Position numbers and translations under genes: made by a program. Below the pieces are notes generated by a model. That model had not been told where the DNA came from and did not search any database. It was given only the letters and a program-made list of their open reading frames with translations. From Squalus acanthias (lineage: Eukaryota), in NCBI GenBank assembly GCA_030390025.1, contig JASTWF010000051.1, forward strand, positions 1,674,001 through 1,738,000: a stretch of DNA of 64,000 bases, given 5' to 3'. Positions 63,102-64,000 of the stretch are shown piece by piece. Numbering within the stretch: position 1 is the first letter of the stretch; the number at the start of each line of letters is the position of its first letter.

Positions 63102-63412
63102 AAACAACAACAACTTGCATTTATATAGTGCCTTTAACGTAGTAAAATGTCCCAAGGTGCTTCACAGGAGTGTTATCCAACACCGAGCCACATAAGGAGA
63201 TATTAGGACAGGTGAAGAGGTAGGTTTTATGGAGTGTCTTAAAGGAGGAGAGAGGGGTAGAGAACTGGAGAGGTTCAGGGAGGGAATTCTAGAGTTTAGG
63301 GCCTCGGCAGCTGAAAGCACGGCCCCCAATGGTGCAGCGATTAAATTTGGAGGAGCGCTGAGATCTTGGAGGGTTATAGGACTGGAGGAGGTTGCAGAGA
63401 TTGAGAGGGGCG
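63102..63412 (-). mobile_element. L2-type LINE 3' end
   Basis: Reverse complement of 49820-50140, with a (CAA)n tail. Confidence 0.8.
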
Positions 63413-64000
63413 AATAACTAGGTAAATGTAGCTGGTTTTAAACTGCTTAAGTAATTCACAGAGCAATTATAAGTGCTTTGAAATTTGAGGTTCCCGGTCA
63501 AAGATTGTCTTTTGTTTTTTTTTTATCCTTTTCCGTATCTCCCCAAGTGTGACACTTTGAAATATGCCATGTAGCATGTGATGTCTGAAGTGCGCCATTG
63601 ATACAAAACCCCCTAAATGTTAGTGAACTGAAATCTTTATAACGCACACTTACAATCATCCTAAACTGCAGTGTATTCTGTATACACTAAGCAAAATTAA
63701 CTCACAATTACATCTGTCCCTGTCTCTGACCCCATGTCAGCCCAGAGGCAGATGTGGTATTTCATGAATGATTTTAAATAACCAACATTTTTTAAGTACC
63801 TTCAGAAAAGGGTCGGTTAGTATCACTGAAACAAAAACAGTAGAATTCAGTTCTAATGGGGAGTCGCACCCAAATATTAGCCTGCCTTTCCTCTTTTAGA
63901 TGCTGATTAATTTGCTGTGCCTTTCAAACATTTTGTAATGCATGAGGCTAGAAATTGCTGTTGGTAATAATCGTGGACAGATGCTTAAAGCACTGAATGA

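Overview
Repeat-dense vertebrate DNA. The HE1/V-SINE, DeuSINE, CR1 and Penelope-like (PLE) families point to a cartilaginous fish (shark); this is an inference. The only host gene I can support is a minus-strand FNDC4/FNDC5 (irisin-family) gene: one convincing 90-bp juxtamembrane/TM exon (26915-27004), a candidate 34-bp micro-exon (46652-46685) and a candidate terminal exon (7164-7286). Most of the window is therefore probably intron. The rest is nested retroelements and DNA-transposon derivatives: two non-LTR families, SINEs, a 1655-bp TG...CA solo LTR with a 4-bp TSD, Harbinger transposase and Myb-like relics, about 10 Harbinger-type MITEs, a pogo/Tigger MITE, a PLE, a 24-bp minisatellite and a 500-N gap. 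The most interesting signals are (i) short PLE-derived foldback elements carrying minimal hammerhead ribozymes on both strands, one being a perfect 92-bp-arm palindrome, (ii) a sister copy whose hairpin tip is replaced by a 122-bp copy of nearby DNA, and (iii) an EN-RT LINE with a SINE-like head and no room for ORF1. All family names come from recognition by eye, not database searches.
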